A model generated the notes under the pieces. The model saw only the letters and a program-made list of their open reading frames with translations. It ran no database searches and had not been told where the DNA came from. A stretch of 64,000 nt of DNA from Ignavibacteriota bacterium (GTDB lineage: Bacteria > Bacteroidota > Ignavibacteria > UBA10030 > CAVZMI01). The position numbers and the translations under genes were made by a program. The stretch spans positions 32,001 through 96,000 of the forward strand of contig CAVZMI010000005.1 in the NCBI GenBank assembly GCA_963776275.1, written 5' to 3'. The first letter of the stretch is position 1. Each line of letters begins with the position of its first letter. Shown piece after piece: positions 1 to 11,294 of this stretch.

Positions 1-2
1 AT

Positions 3-968
3 GGCTTTTATCTCGACGCATTAAACAAGGATGAACAGGCATTATATTCCGGATTTCGTACGACCGCCTACAAAATATCCTGGCTTGTAGGAAATGGCGT
101 ATTCATTTTTCTTGCCGGCCATATTGCCGATGGTTATGTCACCGGATTGAATGATGCAGGAGAAAAGATTTATCAATTCGTCAAGATCCCTCTTATAGAT
201 CGGATGTTCTCGTTCCATCCCGTTCAATTCGGATGGGCGGTGGCATTTGGACTATCGGCTTTTATTTTTCTCATCATTTACATTTTCCAGACCCGGTACC
301 TGCCATACCCCGCAAGCGAGATGAAGCAGAACACTTCCGCCGGCAACCGATATCAATTCTTTAATGCGTTTAAAACATATTTTGCACAGGAACACATCGG
401 CTGGATCGTGACATATGTGTTGATCTTTCGTCTCGGTGATGCTTTTATGCTTAAGATGGCTCCTCCATTCTTGATGGATTCCGCTCATAAAGGCGGATTG
501 GGGATATCCACCGCCGATATAGGAATTCTCTATGGTACAGTCGGGGTGATATTTCTCCTGGCCGGAGGAATTCTAGGCGGATATCTTGTATCACGGCATG
601 GCTTGAAACGCTGGATGTGGCCAACTGCACTGCTTCAGAATTGTGCAATTGTAATCTATTGGCTTCTTGCGATCACCCGTCCTTCGATGTCATGGGTCTA
701 TATCGCCAATTCATTCGAACAATTCTCGTTTGGAATGGGCGTCTCTGCGTATACCATTTTCCTGATGAGGACTGTCCTGCCGGAATATCGTGCCTCGCAT
801 TATGCCATTACAACGGCGTTCATGGCCGCAGGGATGCTTATCCCGGGCGTCGTGAGCGGGTATCTCCAATCATGGATGGGATATCAAGATTATTTTTTAA
901 TGAGTTTTCTGGTTGCAGTTCCCGGATTGGCGACCATATTCTTTTTACCGCTGGAAGAGAAAAACTGA
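3..968 (+). CDS. ampG: AmpG-family MFS muropeptide transporter, 5' truncated by window edge
   Basis: Frame is open from position 3 (GFYLDALNKDEQALYSGFRTTAYK). Multi-TM protein with FRLGDA, PPFLMD and SHYAITTAFMA motifs typical of AmpG. Confidence 0.8.
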   Translation, partial: GFYLDALNKDEQALYSGFRTTAYKISWLVGNGVFIFLAGHIADGYVTGLNDAGEKIYQFVKIPLIDRMFSFHPVQFGWAVAFGLSAFIFLIIYIFQTRYLPYPASEMKQNTSAGNRYQFFNAFKTYFAQEHIGWIVTYVLIFRLGDAFMLKMAPPFLMDSAHKGGLGISTADIGILYGTVGVIFLLAGGILGGYLVSRHGLKRWMWPTALLQNCAIVIYWLLAITRPSMSWVYIANSFEQFSFGMGVSAYTIFLMRTVLPEYRASHYAITTAFMAAGMLIPGVVSGYLQSWMGYQDYFLMSFLVAVPGLATIFFLPLEEKN

Positions 969-1000
969 ATCACCTTTAGATATGGAGTGGAAAATTTTCT

Positions 1001-2209
1001 ATGTGTTATCGATTCATTCTTGTCACCTTGCTGTCGATAGGAATTTGTTGGAGTTCGTCAGGTGGAGTCGTTAATTCTGAAAATCCACCTCACCCTAAAA
1101 AGCATATGCTACGCTGGGCAGATCCCAATAAGGCGGGCTTTAAGGGGAAAAAACTATCGATGGTCGATACCATAATTTGTAAGGCAGTCAGAGATTCAGC
1201 TTTTCCCGGCGCTGTACTTCTGGTTGCTAAAGATGGAATGATTATTCATCATAAAGCATATGGTCATCTTGAATACGGAGTGAATGCGGAAAAGGTCGAC
1301 ACAAACACCATATTTGATCTGGCTTCGCTCACAAAAGTGATTGCAACGACGAATGCCTGTATGCGTTTGATCGACGAACGGAAGCTGAGATTGAAAGATC
1401 GGGTCGTTAAGTATCTTCCTGATTTTGGAAAGAATGGGAAGAGTAAAATTACAATTCAAAATCTTCTTGTCCATAATAGTGGACTTCCCGCCTGGAAACC
1501 ATTCTATCGGAATTGTCATGATCCAAAATGCCTGCTTGATTCGATTTTCGCCTTACCGCTTGTCGCAGCAACTGGAGATTCAACTATCTATAGCGATTTC
1601 GGTTTCATCGTGCTCGGAAAAATTATCGAGAAGGTATGTGCAACGACTCTTGACAGGTATGTCGATTCGGTATTTTTCCGGCCGCTCGGTATGCGGACAA
1701 CGATGTATAATCCACCGGCAAATTTGATTCCGAGGATTGCTCCTACGGAGATCGATACACTACGGGAAAAAACAGGGAAGGCTTTACGCGGACGTGTTCA
1801 TGATGAGAATGCGGCTATTCTTGGAGGCGTCTCCGGTCATGCGGGTGTATTTTCGACGGCATCTGATCTGGCCGTTATTCTTGAAATGATTCGAAATGGT
1901 GGAGAATATGGGGGAGAACGTTTTATACGAAAGGCGACGGTCGAGCAATTCATCCATAGACAATCACAGAAAAGCACTCGTGCTCTCGGTTGGGACACAA
2001 AAAAGCCGCAGCGTTCATGGGCCGGAGAACTTCTCTCAAATAAAGCTTTCATCCACACGGGCTTTACAGGAGCATCCGTGGTCGTCGATCCACGATGCGG
2101 CGTTATAATAGTTCTTCTTACAAATAGAGTATTTCCTTCGCGGGAAAATGAGAAAATTGCCGAAGTTCGCCCAAGAGTTCATGATGGTATTCTAAGAGCT
2201 TTGAAATAA
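1001..2209 (+). CDS. Exported serine hydrolase, beta-lactamase class C/AmiE-like (possible muropeptide amidase)
   Basis: Signal-like N-terminus; FDLASLTK (SxxK), YSDFG, GHAG and HTGFTG motifs; next to ampG. Confidence 0.85.
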   Translation: MCYRFILVTLLSIGICWSSSGGVVNSENPPHPKKHMLRWADPNKAGFKGKKLSMVDTIICKAVRDSAFPGAVLLVAKDGMIIHHKAYGHLEYGVNAEKVDTNTIFDLASLTKVIATTNACMRLIDERKLRLKDRVVKYLPDFGKNGKSKITIQNLLVHNSGLPAWKPFYRNCHDPKCLLDSIFALPLVAATGDSTIYSDFGFIVLGKIIEKVCATTLDRYVDSVFFRPLGMRTTMYNPPANLIPRIAPTEIDTLREKTGKALRGRVHDENAAILGGVSGHAGVFSTASDLAVILEMIRNGGEYGGERFIRKATVEQFIHRQSQKSTRALGWDTKKPQRSWAGELLSNKAFIHTGFTGASVVVDPRCGVIIVLLTNRVFPSRENEKIAEVRPRVHDGILRALK

Positions 2210-2261
2210 TTGATTCTCTCGCCATTTTTGGGTAAATTTCCATGATTTGAACAAAAAGGGT

Positions 2262-3212
2262 ATGATGAATAATATAAAAAGTACAAACTTAGTTATAGGA
2301 ATTGACGGGGGCGGGACAAAAACAGTAGCGCTTCTGGCCGACGAATCGGGTGATGTGTTATCGGAAGAAGTTGGTGAACCATCGAACTTTCACATCATCG
2401 GTGTCGAAGTCGCCGCAAAAACTCTGGTGAAACTCATCAAAACCTGCTGTGTAAAAGCCGGTTGTGCGACGGATATGGTCTCGGTCATCGTAATGGGATT
2501 AGCCGGAGCCGGGCGGTTACCGGACCAGAATCGTATGGCGGAAGGAGTAAAAAAGGTTGCACGTTCCCGTCGTCTTAAGCTCAATAAAATCATTGTTGAA
2601 AGTGATGCACGGATCGCGCTCGAAGGAGCTTTCCGTGGGGCTACCGGAATAGTTATGATAGTGGGGACTGGATCTATCGCGGCCGGAAAAGACAATGATG
2701 GCACCATTCATCGAGTCGGCGGCTGGGGGCGTACCCTTGGCGATGAAGGGGGCGGTTATTTCCTGGGTCAGGAAGCTCTTATCGCCGTTTTACGGCAGTA
2801 TGACGGACGGGGAGAATCAACAATACTCACAGATTTGATTGCCGGTAAACACCAGCTCGAAAACGTCGAAGCAATCATCACCGCCGTGTACAATAAAACA
2901 ATCGATATAGCATCACTCGCTCCGGATGTAATCGAAGCAGCCCGGGAAGGGGATCGGGTGGCCGAGAAAATTCTTCAGCGCGGGGCTGTTGAAATCGAAG
3001 AACATGTCCGCGTCTTAAGCTCGAAACTCAATTCCACCCAAAAAATTCATACCGTCCTCCTCGGCGGATTGCTCTCGGGTGACAACCTGTACTCAAAAAT
3101 TGTTCGAGAAAAAATATCCGGATCTTTGCCGAACGTTCAGATACAACCCGCAATGGCATCGCCCGGGTATGGTGCAGTTCTTATGGCGTTATCAGCTGCT
3201 CGGACGAGCTGA
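2262..3212 (+). CDS. BadF/BadG/BcrA/BcrD-family sugar kinase (GlcNAc/MurNAc kinase, MurK-like)
   Basis: GIDGGGTKT, SDARIAL, GTGS and GGWGRTLGDEGGG motifs. Confidence 0.85.
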   Translation: MMNNIKSTNLVIGIDGGGTKTVALLADESGDVLSEEVGEPSNFHIIGVEVAAKTLVKLIKTCCVKAGCATDMVSVIVMGLAGAGRLPDQNRMAEGVKKVARSRRLKLNKIIVESDARIALEGAFRGATGIVMIVGTGSIAAGKDNDGTIHRVGGWGRTLGDEGGGYFLGQEALIAVLRQYDGRGESTILTDLIAGKHQLENVEAIITAVYNKTIDIASLAPDVIEAAREGDRVAEKILQRGAVEIEEHVRVLSSKLNSTQKIHTVLLGGLLSGDNLYSKIVREKISGSLPNVQIQPAMASPGYGAVLMALSAARTS

Positions 3213-3299
3213 CGTTCAAAATATATTCATTGGCTGGATCAAACCTCTGCCACGCGATTTTTAATTATTGCTTCTATTTGTTTTTCGATGGAGACCGGT

Positions 3300-4856
3300 A
3301 TGGCACGGCAGCAGTTTAAGAACAAGATATATACCGATTGGTCAAAAAAAGAAAATCGGTCCAGGATGGAGAAAGCGATCGCGAAGATCGAATCGGAATT
3401 TAACAGGGAATATCCAATAATCGTAGGGAATGAACAGATCATTCTCGATGCGAAACTAACATCATATAATCCGTCGAATCCCAGCCAGGTCGTGGGGGTT
3501 TTTCAAAAAGGGGGTCGAGAGGAGGCTCTAAAAGCGCTGAATGTCGCATTGAACGCTTTTGAAACATGGCGCTGGGTTGATTACCGCAAACGGGCTGCAT
3601 TCCTCTTCAAAGCCGCAAAGGTAATGCGGCGTCGAAGGTTTGAAATAAATGCGACAATGACTCTCGAAGTTGGCAAGACATGGCCCGAGGCCGAAGCCGA
3701 TACATCGGAAGCAATTGATTTTCTTGAGTTCTATGGCCGCGAGACGCTCCGCTATGGAGCCAAACAACCTGTCGTGCAGCTCAAAGGTGAGCGCGATGAG
3801 CTCCTATATGTTCCGCTCGGGGTGGGGTTGATCGTTCCACCATGGAATTTTCCACTGGCAATTCTGACGGGAATGACGATGGCTGCCGTTGTCACCGGGA
3901 ATACGGTGATTCTGAAACCTTCATCCGATTCGCCTCTGACCGGGTGGCGACTCATGGAAATTCTCGATGAAATCAAATTGCCGGGAGGAGTGGTGAATTT
4001 TATGACAGGCCCGGGGGCAACGGTCGGTGATACGCTCGTGTCACATCCGAAAATCCGCTTCATCTCTTTCACCGGATCAAAAGAAGTCGGCATCCGCATA
4101 AATGAACTTGCAGCAAGAGTACAGCCAGGGCAGATTTGGCTGAAACGAGTCGTGGCCGAAATGGGCGGGAAGGACTCGATGATTATCGACGATCAGGCGG
4201 ATCTTGATGAAGCCGTCGCGGCGACAATTGTTTCTGCATTTGGATTTCAGGGGCAGAAATGTTCGGCTTGTTCGCGTGCAATCGTTGTTGAGAAGATATA
4301 TGATGAATTTATTGAACAACTGAAAAAGCAGGTAGAGACGATTAAAGTAGGCGATGCAAAAGATTTTTCGAATTACATGGGTCCTGTTATCAACAAATCT
4401 GCGAAGGAAAATATACTGAAGTACATTCGCATCGGGGTTGCGGAGGGAGGACGCCTGATTACGGGCGGAGGAGAGGTACCCGGTGATGGATATTTCATTA
4501 AACCGACAGTGATTGCTGATGTCGATCCGAAAGCAACAATAGCGCAGGAGGAAATATTCGGCCCCGTCCTTGCGGTAATTAAAGCAAAAAATTTCGACGA
4601 AGCAATTGTGATTGCCAATAATACTGAATTTGGCCTCACCGGCGGGATTTTTACACGCAATAGAAAGAAGATAGAAAAAGCAAAAGATATCATTCATGTC
4701 GGAAATTTCTATATTAATCGTAAGATCACCGGAGCAATGGTGGGGGCGCACCCGTTCGGCGGATTTAATATGTCAGGAACAGATTCAAAAGCGGGCGGAC
4801 GCGATTATCTGCTTCTTTACCTTCAGGGTAAATCCATTGCGGAAAAAGTGAAATAA
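3300..4856 (+). CDS. pruA: 1-pyrroline-5-carboxylate (L-glutamate gamma-semialdehyde) dehydrogenase
   Basis: PWNFPLAI, FTGSKEVG, AEMGGKD, GFQGQKCSACSR, EEIFGP and SGTDSKAGG motifs. ATG at 3300 follows GGAGA. Confidence 0.93.
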   Translation: MARQQFKNKIYTDWSKKENRSRMEKAIAKIESEFNREYPIIVGNEQIILDAKLTSYNPSNPSQVVGVFQKGGREEALKALNVALNAFETWRWVDYRKRAAFLFKAAKVMRRRRFEINATMTLEVGKTWPEAEADTSEAIDFLEFYGRETLRYGAKQPVVQLKGERDELLYVPLGVGLIVPPWNFPLAILTGMTMAAVVTGNTVILKPSSDSPLTGWRLMEILDEIKLPGGVVNFMTGPGATVGDTLVSHPKIRFISFTGSKEVGIRINELAARVQPGQIWLKRVVAEMGGKDSMIIDDQADLDEAVAATIVSAFGFQGQKCSACSRAIVVEKIYDEFIEQLKKQVETIKVGDAKDFSNYMGPVINKSAKENILKYIRIGVAEGGRLITGGGEVPGDGYFIKPTVIADVDPKATIAQEEIFGPVLAVIKAKNFDEAIVIANNTEFGLTGGIFTRNRKKIEKAKDIIHVGNFYINRKITGAMVGAHPFGGFNMSGTDSKAGGRDYLLLYLQGKSIAEKVK

Positions 4857-4907
4857 GCGATGTGAGTCGGAGGCCGGTCGATACCGGGATATCGTGAGGG
4901 AGATGTT

Positions 4908-6071
4908 ATGAAGATTCATGAATACCAGGGAAAAGAAATTCTGAGGCGATATAATGTTGCGGTGCCAGAAGGCAGTGTGGCTTTTTCTCCCGAAGAAGCA
5001 GTCAGAGTAGCTGAATCCCTTGGAGGTTTTGTATGGGTCGTGAAAGCGCAAATTCATGCCGGTGGGAGGGGAAAGGGAGGCGGTGTCAAAATTGCAAAGA
5101 CCATCGAGGAAGTTCGGCAGCTTGCAACACAGATGATCGGAATGCGCCTCGTGACACATCAAACAGGACTTGAAGGAAAAATTGTCAAACGACTTCTCAT
5201 CGAGCAGGGAATCTCGATCGCACGCGAACTCTATGTCGGCATCACACTCGATCGTCAGCGCGCCCGGAATGTTGTGATGGCGTCCACCGAAGGAGGAATT
5301 GAGATTGAAAAAGTGGCGGCCGAGACTCCTGAAAAAATATTAAAAGAGTATGTCGATCCTGCCGTCGGGTTTCAACGATTTCAAGCACAGATACTTGCAT
5401 TCGGACTCGGTCTGACGGGCGAAGCGCTCGGATCAGGCGTAAAATTTCTAATGGCACTCTATAAAGCGTATGAAGGAACCGATGCTTCACTGGCAGAAAT
5501 CAATCCTCTCGTGGTCACTGATAACGGGAAAGTGCTGGCATTAGATGCAAAAATAAATTTCGATGACAGTGCGCTTGGTCGTCATCCGGATTTTGCCCGG
5601 CTTCGCGATTTGGATGAAGAGGATCCGCTCGAAGTCGAAGCTTCGAAGTCGAATTTGAACTATATCAAACTCGATGGTAATGTCGGCTGTATGGTAAATG
5701 GCGCAGGACTCGCCATGGCGACTATGGATATCATCAAACTTGCAGGAGGAGAACCAGCAAATTTCCTCGATGTCGGCGGCGGTGCAAATGTCGAGACAGT
5801 GGCGGAAGGATTCCGTATCATCCTCTCCGATGCCAATGTGAAAGCGATTTTGATTAACATTTTTGGTGGAATTGTCCGCTGCGATAGGGTAGCCAAGGGT
5901 GTTATCGAAGCGGCAAGACAGGTTCGGTTCGACATCCCGGTAGTGGTTCGGCTTGAAGGAACGAATGCCGTCGAGGCACGAAGCATACTAGCGGCATCAG
6001 GTCTGAATTTGATAGTTGCCACAACACTCGAGGATGCGGCTCGAAAAGTAACGGCAGCAATTACCTCTTGA
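4908..6071 (+). CDS. sucC: Succinyl-CoA ligase beta subunit
   Basis: [36 protein letters not shown] and [10 protein letters not shown] motifs. Confidence 0.97.
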   Translation: MKIHEYQGKEILRRYNVAVPEGSVAFSPEEAVRVAESLGGFVWVVKAQIHAGGRGKGGGVKIAKTIEEVRQLATQMIGMRLVTHQTGLEGKIVKRLLIEQGISIARELYVGITLDRQRARNVVMASTEGGIEIEKVAAETPEKILKEYVDPAVGFQRFQAQILAFGLGLTGEALGSGVKFLMALYKAYEGTDASLAEINPLVVTDNGKVLALDAKINFDDSALGRHPDFARLRDLDEEDPLEVEASKSNLNYIKLDGNVGCMVNGAGLAMATMDIIKLAGGEPANFLDVGGGANVETVAEGFRIILSDANVKAILINIFGGIVRCDRVAKGVIEAARQVRFDIPVVVRLEGTNAVEARSILAASGLNLIVATTLEDAARKVTAAITS

Positions 6072-6084
6072 GAGAGAAAAAAGG

Positions 6085-6113
6085 TTGCTAGTGTCGAGTA
6101 CCCAAAATAACTT
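6085..6113 (+). promoter_or_regulatory. Putative sigma70 promoter for gatB-tpiA
   Basis: TTGCTA-17 bp-TAACTT upstream of gatB. Confidence 0.4.
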
Positions 6114-6208
6114 TATTATATCAGAGGATACTTTATGCTCAAATATGCCGGAAAAAGCGAAATTAAATACTATTATCTCATAAAGTTATTTTTGAATCGA
6201 GACACTCG

Positions 6209-7669
6209 ATGAACACAAAATATGAACCGGTCATTGGTCTTGAGGTGCATGCCCAGCTCCTGACTAAGAGCAAAGCATTTTGTTCATGTACTACACAGTT
6301 CGGCAATGATCCGAATTCAAATACCTGTCCTGTCTGTCTCGGCCATCCGGGTGTGCTTCCGGTACTCAACCACAATCATGCCGAATATGTTATCCGTATG
6401 GGACTGGCAACGAATTGTCGAATAGCCCCCAGATCGATCTTTGCAAGAAAGAACTATTTCTATCCGGATCTCCCAAAGGGATATCAGATCTCGCAATTTG
6501 AAGAACCGATTTGCCAGAACGGCCGGATTGAGATCGAGGCTGAAAAAGGAGTGAAAAAAAATATCGGCATTACGCGCATCCATATGGAAGAAGATGCGGG
6601 AAAATCGATTCACGATCTGGATATAGACACGCTCGTTGACGTCAATCGATGCGGTGTGCCCCTGATCGAGATTGTAAGTGAACCGGATATCCGAACGCCG
6701 AAAGAAGCGTATCAGTATTTGACAATAATCAAACAGATTGTGACATATCTTGGTATCTGTGATGGGAATATGGAAGAGGGAAGTCTGCGATGCGATGCGA
6801 ATGTTTCGGTTCGACTGAAGGGTGCGGAAAAATTCGGTACGAAAGTAGAAGTAAAGAACATGAACTCCTTCAGGAATGTCGAACGTGCACTCGAATATGA
6901 AATCAATCGGCAGATCGAGGTTCTTGAGGAAGGAGGGACGATCATCCAGGAAACCCTGCTCTGGGATGCAGATCAGAATGTGGCAATACCGATGCGGAGC
7001 AAAGAGCAGGCCCATGATTACAGGTACTTTCCTGATCCCGATCTCGTTCCGATTCTTGTTGATGAACCGTGGATCGCTAGTGTCCGGAAAAGTCTGCCCG
7101 AAATGCCCTGGGTTCGGCGCGACCGTTATGTGCGTATGTACGGATTACCCGAGTACGATGCGGATGTACTTACCGTAGAAAAGGGAACCGCTGACTATTT
7201 TGAGGATGCTGTCGAAGTGCTGACAGTCAAGTCGAATGAAAATATAAAGCTCATATCGAACTGGGTGATGACGGAAGTGATGCGTGTGGTTAAAGACCGG
7301 CAGATCGCGATTCGTGATTTTCCCGTTTCTCCTGTATCAATGGGGAAAATGATAAATCTGATTGTGAATGAAACGATCAGCGGCAAGATAGCAAAAGAGG
7401 TATTCGAAGAGATGATTACGACAGGCGGGGATCCTTTGACAATTGTCCAGAAAAAGGGGCTCACCCAGATTTCAGATGCCGGATCCATCGAGCTCGTTAT
7501 TGACCGCATTCTATCGGATAATAAAGAGCAGGTTGAGAAATATCTGGGAGGGAAGCAACAGGTGTTCGGATTCTTTGTAGGCGAAACGATGAAGGCGACA
7601 AAAGGGAAAGCGAATCCTAAAATGGTCAATGAGATATTGCAGCGGAAACTAGCAGGGATGAAACAGTAA
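6209..7669 (+). CDS. gatB: Asp/Glu-tRNA amidotransferase subunit B
   Basis: [43 protein letters not shown] and [10 protein letters not shown] motifs. Confidence 0.97.
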   Translation: MNTKYEPVIGLEVHAQLLTKSKAFCSCTTQFGNDPNSNTCPVCLGHPGVLPVLNHNHAEYVIRMGLATNCRIAPRSIFARKNYFYPDLPKGYQISQFEEPICQNGRIEIEAEKGVKKNIGITRIHMEEDAGKSIHDLDIDTLVDVNRCGVPLIEIVSEPDIRTPKEAYQYLTIIKQIVTYLGICDGNMEEGSLRCDANVSVRLKGAEKFGTKVEVKNMNSFRNVERALEYEINRQIEVLEEGGTIIQETLLWDADQNVAIPMRSKEQAHDYRYFPDPDLVPILVDEPWIASVRKSLPEMPWVRRDRYVRMYGLPEYDADVLTVEKGTADYFEDAVEVLTVKSNENIKLISNWVMTEVMRVVKDRQIAIRDFPVSPVSMGKMINLIVNETISGKIAKEVFEEMITTGGDPLTIVQKKGLTQISDAGSIELVIDRILSDNKEQVEKYLGGKQQVFGFFVGETMKATKGKANPKMVNEILQRKLAGMKQ

Positions 7670-7705
7670 TGTTCTAAAATTGACAAGAATCAATAAAGGA
7701 GAGAC

Positions 7706-8467
7706 ATGAGAAAGAAAGTTATTGCTGGAAATTGGAAAATGTATAAGAATATTCAGGAGACAACTGAACTCATTAATGGATTAAGGGCCCCGCTCGCGCC
7801 GTTAACAGAAAAAGTTAATGTAATCATCGCGCCGCCGTTTACATCGCTCACCGTCGCGAAGGGACTGATTGTAAATACAAGAATTCACTTGGGTGCACAG
7901 AATATGTATCCGGAAACGGAAGGAGCATATACAGGAGAAATCTCGCCAAAAATGCTAATATCAATCGGAGTAGAATACGTCATCCTTGGACACTCTGAGC
8001 AACGTCAATACTTTAAGGAAACAGATGGGTTTATCAATATAAAAGCTAAAAAGGCCCTGGCAGAGGGTTTGAAACCGATTATTTGTGTCGGAGAAACACT
8101 TGAACAGCGTGAAGGGGGCGTGACAACACAGGTTGTCACAGAACAAATGAAAGGAGTTCTTGCCGGATTGACTGCAGAGCATCTCGCGAATGTAATAATT
8201 GCATATGAACCTGTTTGGGCAATAGGAACAGGAAAAACCGCTACGCCTCAGCAGGCAAATGAAGTACATCAACTAATCCGGGTGTTAGTGTCTGAGTTAT
8301 ATACGTCCTTGGTCTCTGAAAAGCTTATAATCCAATATGGTGGAAGTGTGAAGCCGGAAAACGCGAAAGACCTTCTCTCACAATCAGATATTGATGGCGC
8401 GCTTGTCGGAGGTGCATGTCTGCGTGTCGATTCGTTTACAGCTATTGTATCTGCCGCACTATTGTAG
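7706..8467 (+). CDS. tpiA: Triosephosphate isomerase
   Basis: AGNWKM, GAYTGEIS, AYEPVWAIGTG, YGGSV and DGALVGGA motifs. Confidence 0.97.
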   Translation: MRKKVIAGNWKMYKNIQETTELINGLRAPLAPLTEKVNVIIAPPFTSLTVAKGLIVNTRIHLGAQNMYPETEGAYTGEISPKMLISIGVEYVILGHSEQRQYFKETDGFINIKAKKALAEGLKPIICVGETLEQREGGVTTQVVTEQMKGVLAGLTAEHLANVIIAYEPVWAIGTGKTATPQQANEVHQLIRVLVSELYTSLVSEKLIIQYGGSVKPENAKDLLSQSDIDGALVGGACLRVDSFTAIVSAALL

Positions 8468-8509
8468 ATAGGATGTAAACGCCATTTTTACAGACTTAGG
8501 ACAGAATGA

Positions 8510-8540
8510 CCGCCAGGATTGAGAAGAAGCATCCTGGCGG
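8510..8540 (+). terminator. Hairpin after tpiA (possible terminator or stabilising stem)
   Basis: CCGCCAGGAT-11 nt-ATCCTGGCGG, a perfect 10-bp stem with no clear U-tract. Confidence 0.4.
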
Positions 8541-8580
8541 CTACATATCACCGCAATTTTTCACAACTAGCAATTTTGCA

Positions 8581-8609
8581 TTGCTTTCCCTACCTTTTTT
8601 TGTTATATT
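8581..8609 (+). promoter_or_regulatory. Putative sigma70 promoter with extended -10
   Basis: TTGCTT-17 bp-TATATT with TG-n before the -10, upstream of the GH2-like gene. Confidence 0.55.
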
Positions 8610-8671
8610 CCTTTAAGTTAGGGGGTCATGTCCTGATTATTAGCACTTTTCTGAACAATTAAGCTTTCTCG

Positions 8672-11282
8672 ATGCATAAATTCCTGCAGTCATTTCATAT
8701 CTCAATCATCGTTTTTCTTGGCATCAGCGGTATTTCCCTCTCACAACAGCGTTTTCTTGAAAATGGGGAGCCTACATATCGAGGAACAGGAATCGGGACG
8801 TATATTGATACGCCGAAACGCATAAAACTCGATCTTTCAGGCGTGTGGAAATACACTCTTGATGACGAAAAGTGGGATGATGTTCGTGTGCCGAGTGCCT
8901 ATGATTTCCAGGGGAAGGTGACATTCGTCCGCTCTTTCGACGTTTCATCAGATTTGGTTGGAAATGCTGCATTCACACTTGTATGCTATGGTATAAACTA
9001 TAACGCAGAGGTTTATCTCAACGGATCGTTTGTCGGCCGGCATATCGGTGGATCGACGTCCTTCTCATTCCCGATTCCTGATAATTTGATACAGGTAGGG
9101 AGTGAAAACTCCATCCGTGTAGTAGTGAATAACACGTTGAACGCGAAGAATACCCTCCCATTGCGTCAGCAGATATGGGGATGGAGGACTTATGGAGGCA
9201 TTACACGTGATATCTTCATCCTTGTCACTCCCCGTGTATGGGCAGGGGATATCGAGATACGTTCGGCACTTGCTGAAAATCTTCTGAGTGCAACAATATC
9301 GTTTAAAGCTCGCATTGAGAATAATTATAATGAACCCCAGCGTGGTGGACAGACAGCTACGGATATTCTATCGCTGTCTCACTTTATGGTATATTCTGAA
9401 ATCGTCGATCAACAAACAGGAAATATTGTCGCCCACTCCGGTTTTATCCCGGTTCAGCCGGCATATCGAAAAACTACGACTTCCGAATTCTCTCTTATCC
9501 TTCAAAATCCAAGATTATGGTCTCCATCGGTACCCGATCTTTATGTAGCAAAATTATATATAACAAAAGATGGTGAGATTGTTGATGAATTTGATGAGAA
9601 TATCGGTGTTCGACGGGTGGTTAAAGAAGGGAACGAACTTTATTTAAACGGCTCCAGACTTACTCTGAAAGGTGTTGTATGGCGGGAAGATGATCCTCAT
9701 TATGGCAGTGCGATGACATATGATGCGATTGAAAGAGATATCGCTTTGATTAAGAGTCTCGGTGCAAATCTCATCCGTGTCGCCAACTCCAGTCCGCACC
9801 CATACGTTGTCAATCTCTGCGATCGGTACGGAATATTTTTAATGGAAGATCTCCCCGTCTGGGACATTCCCGCAGAAATTCTGGCAAAAGAATATGTGCA
9901 GGAGGAAGCCCGCACAATGCTTCGGGAAATGATCGAGCGGGACCGGAATCATCCATCGGTTATTGCATGGGGACTTGCCGACGCATTTGATTCTTCGGAT
10001 CCCCTGAACCCAGCAGTTTGTCTTTTCACTTTATACATTGGCCAAGACTCTCGATTCACAATTCACCTATGTTGCCACGAGCATGCTTGCCAACGATACG
10101 TGTTGTTCTTTCGTGGATCTTGCTGGTTTCAACTGGACCGGTTCGGAGGCAAAGGAATTTCGCAGTGCATTACAGCAATGGAAAAAAAAGCATCCTCGCC
10201 AGCCGATCATTGTCACTCGATATGGAAAAGAAATCGAACCTGAAAATCACAACGGATACAGCGATCCGATGTCGCTCGAATCGCAGGCCAGGTATTTTCA
10301 GCTTAATTACAAAATAATCCAGGATGCCGGAATCGCCGGCAGTACGGCCTGGGCCTTTGCAGACTGGCGTGGCGACCGTCCACTAATGACGGTCGATTCT
10401 CACGACCGGTATCTCTATACAATGGGGTTGGTGAACGCGTATCGGGAAAAGAGAATAGCCTTTGAAGTATTTAAAGCGCTGTTGAACGGAGAAAAAATTT
10501 CCGCTCTTCCAATAGGGAATTATAGTGAAATCTCACCAATGATCTTTCTGATTGTCGGGATGATTCTTCTCCTAACGGTTGCATATTTCTATAACAGCAA
10601 CAGGCGCTTCCATGAAAATATCAACCGATCATTGCTTCGGCCGTATAACTTTTTTGCCGATATCCGTGATCAACGATTTCTTTCGCCGCTCCAGACAATT
10701 ATTCTTGCCTTCTTTATTGCCGTAACGATTGCGATTGTGACATCTAGTGTGCTGTACCATTTCCGGAACAGTAAATTGCTTGATTATGTACTCACACATT
10801 TTATCGTATGGGATTCACTCAAGGCGTCCATTAGCTCTCTTGTGTGGAGTCCATGGCAATGCATCATTGTATTAACGGCCGGTATGCTGTGTAAGTATCT
10901 TTTTTTAATCATGATCGTTTTCGGATTGCAGCTCTTTACAAAGCAGAGAATATTTTTTTATCATGCATTTTCCATCACTGTGTGGTCGACGTTACCTATG
11001 TTACTTCTTGTACTGGTCGCGATGTTTCTCTATCGTGTTCTGGAGAACGATACCTTTGTGCTCCCGGTGCTCATATTTCTGGCGATTATTTCACTCTGGG
11101 TGATTGTACGACTGTTGAAATCGATCTCGATTATTTATGATATTTCAGCCGGAAAGGTTTATAGTATCGGCGTAGTCGTGATGATTCTCGTAGGCGGGAG
11201 TATGCTTGCGTATTACGACTTTACACAATCGACGATCGCATATTATAAATTTTTTGTCACCATGTTGCAACACGCTCATTAA
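8672..11282 (+). CDS. Glycoside hydrolase family 2-like protein with C-terminal multi-pass membrane domain; split by a frameshift at ~10007
   Basis: Signal peptide and GH2 motifs (YGGITRD, LWSP..PDLY, LCDRYG, RDRNHPSVIAW). ORFs 8672-10243 and 10038-11282 join if one base is removed at CTG-A-ACC. About 7-8 hydrophobic segments at the C-terminus. Confidence 0.8.
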
Positions 11283-11294
11283 GGAACGGATTCG

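Noticed and set aside
4908-6071. sucC without adjacent sucD
   Set aside because: Unlinked sucC and sucD are common in Bacteroidota-related genomes, and sucD may be outside the window.
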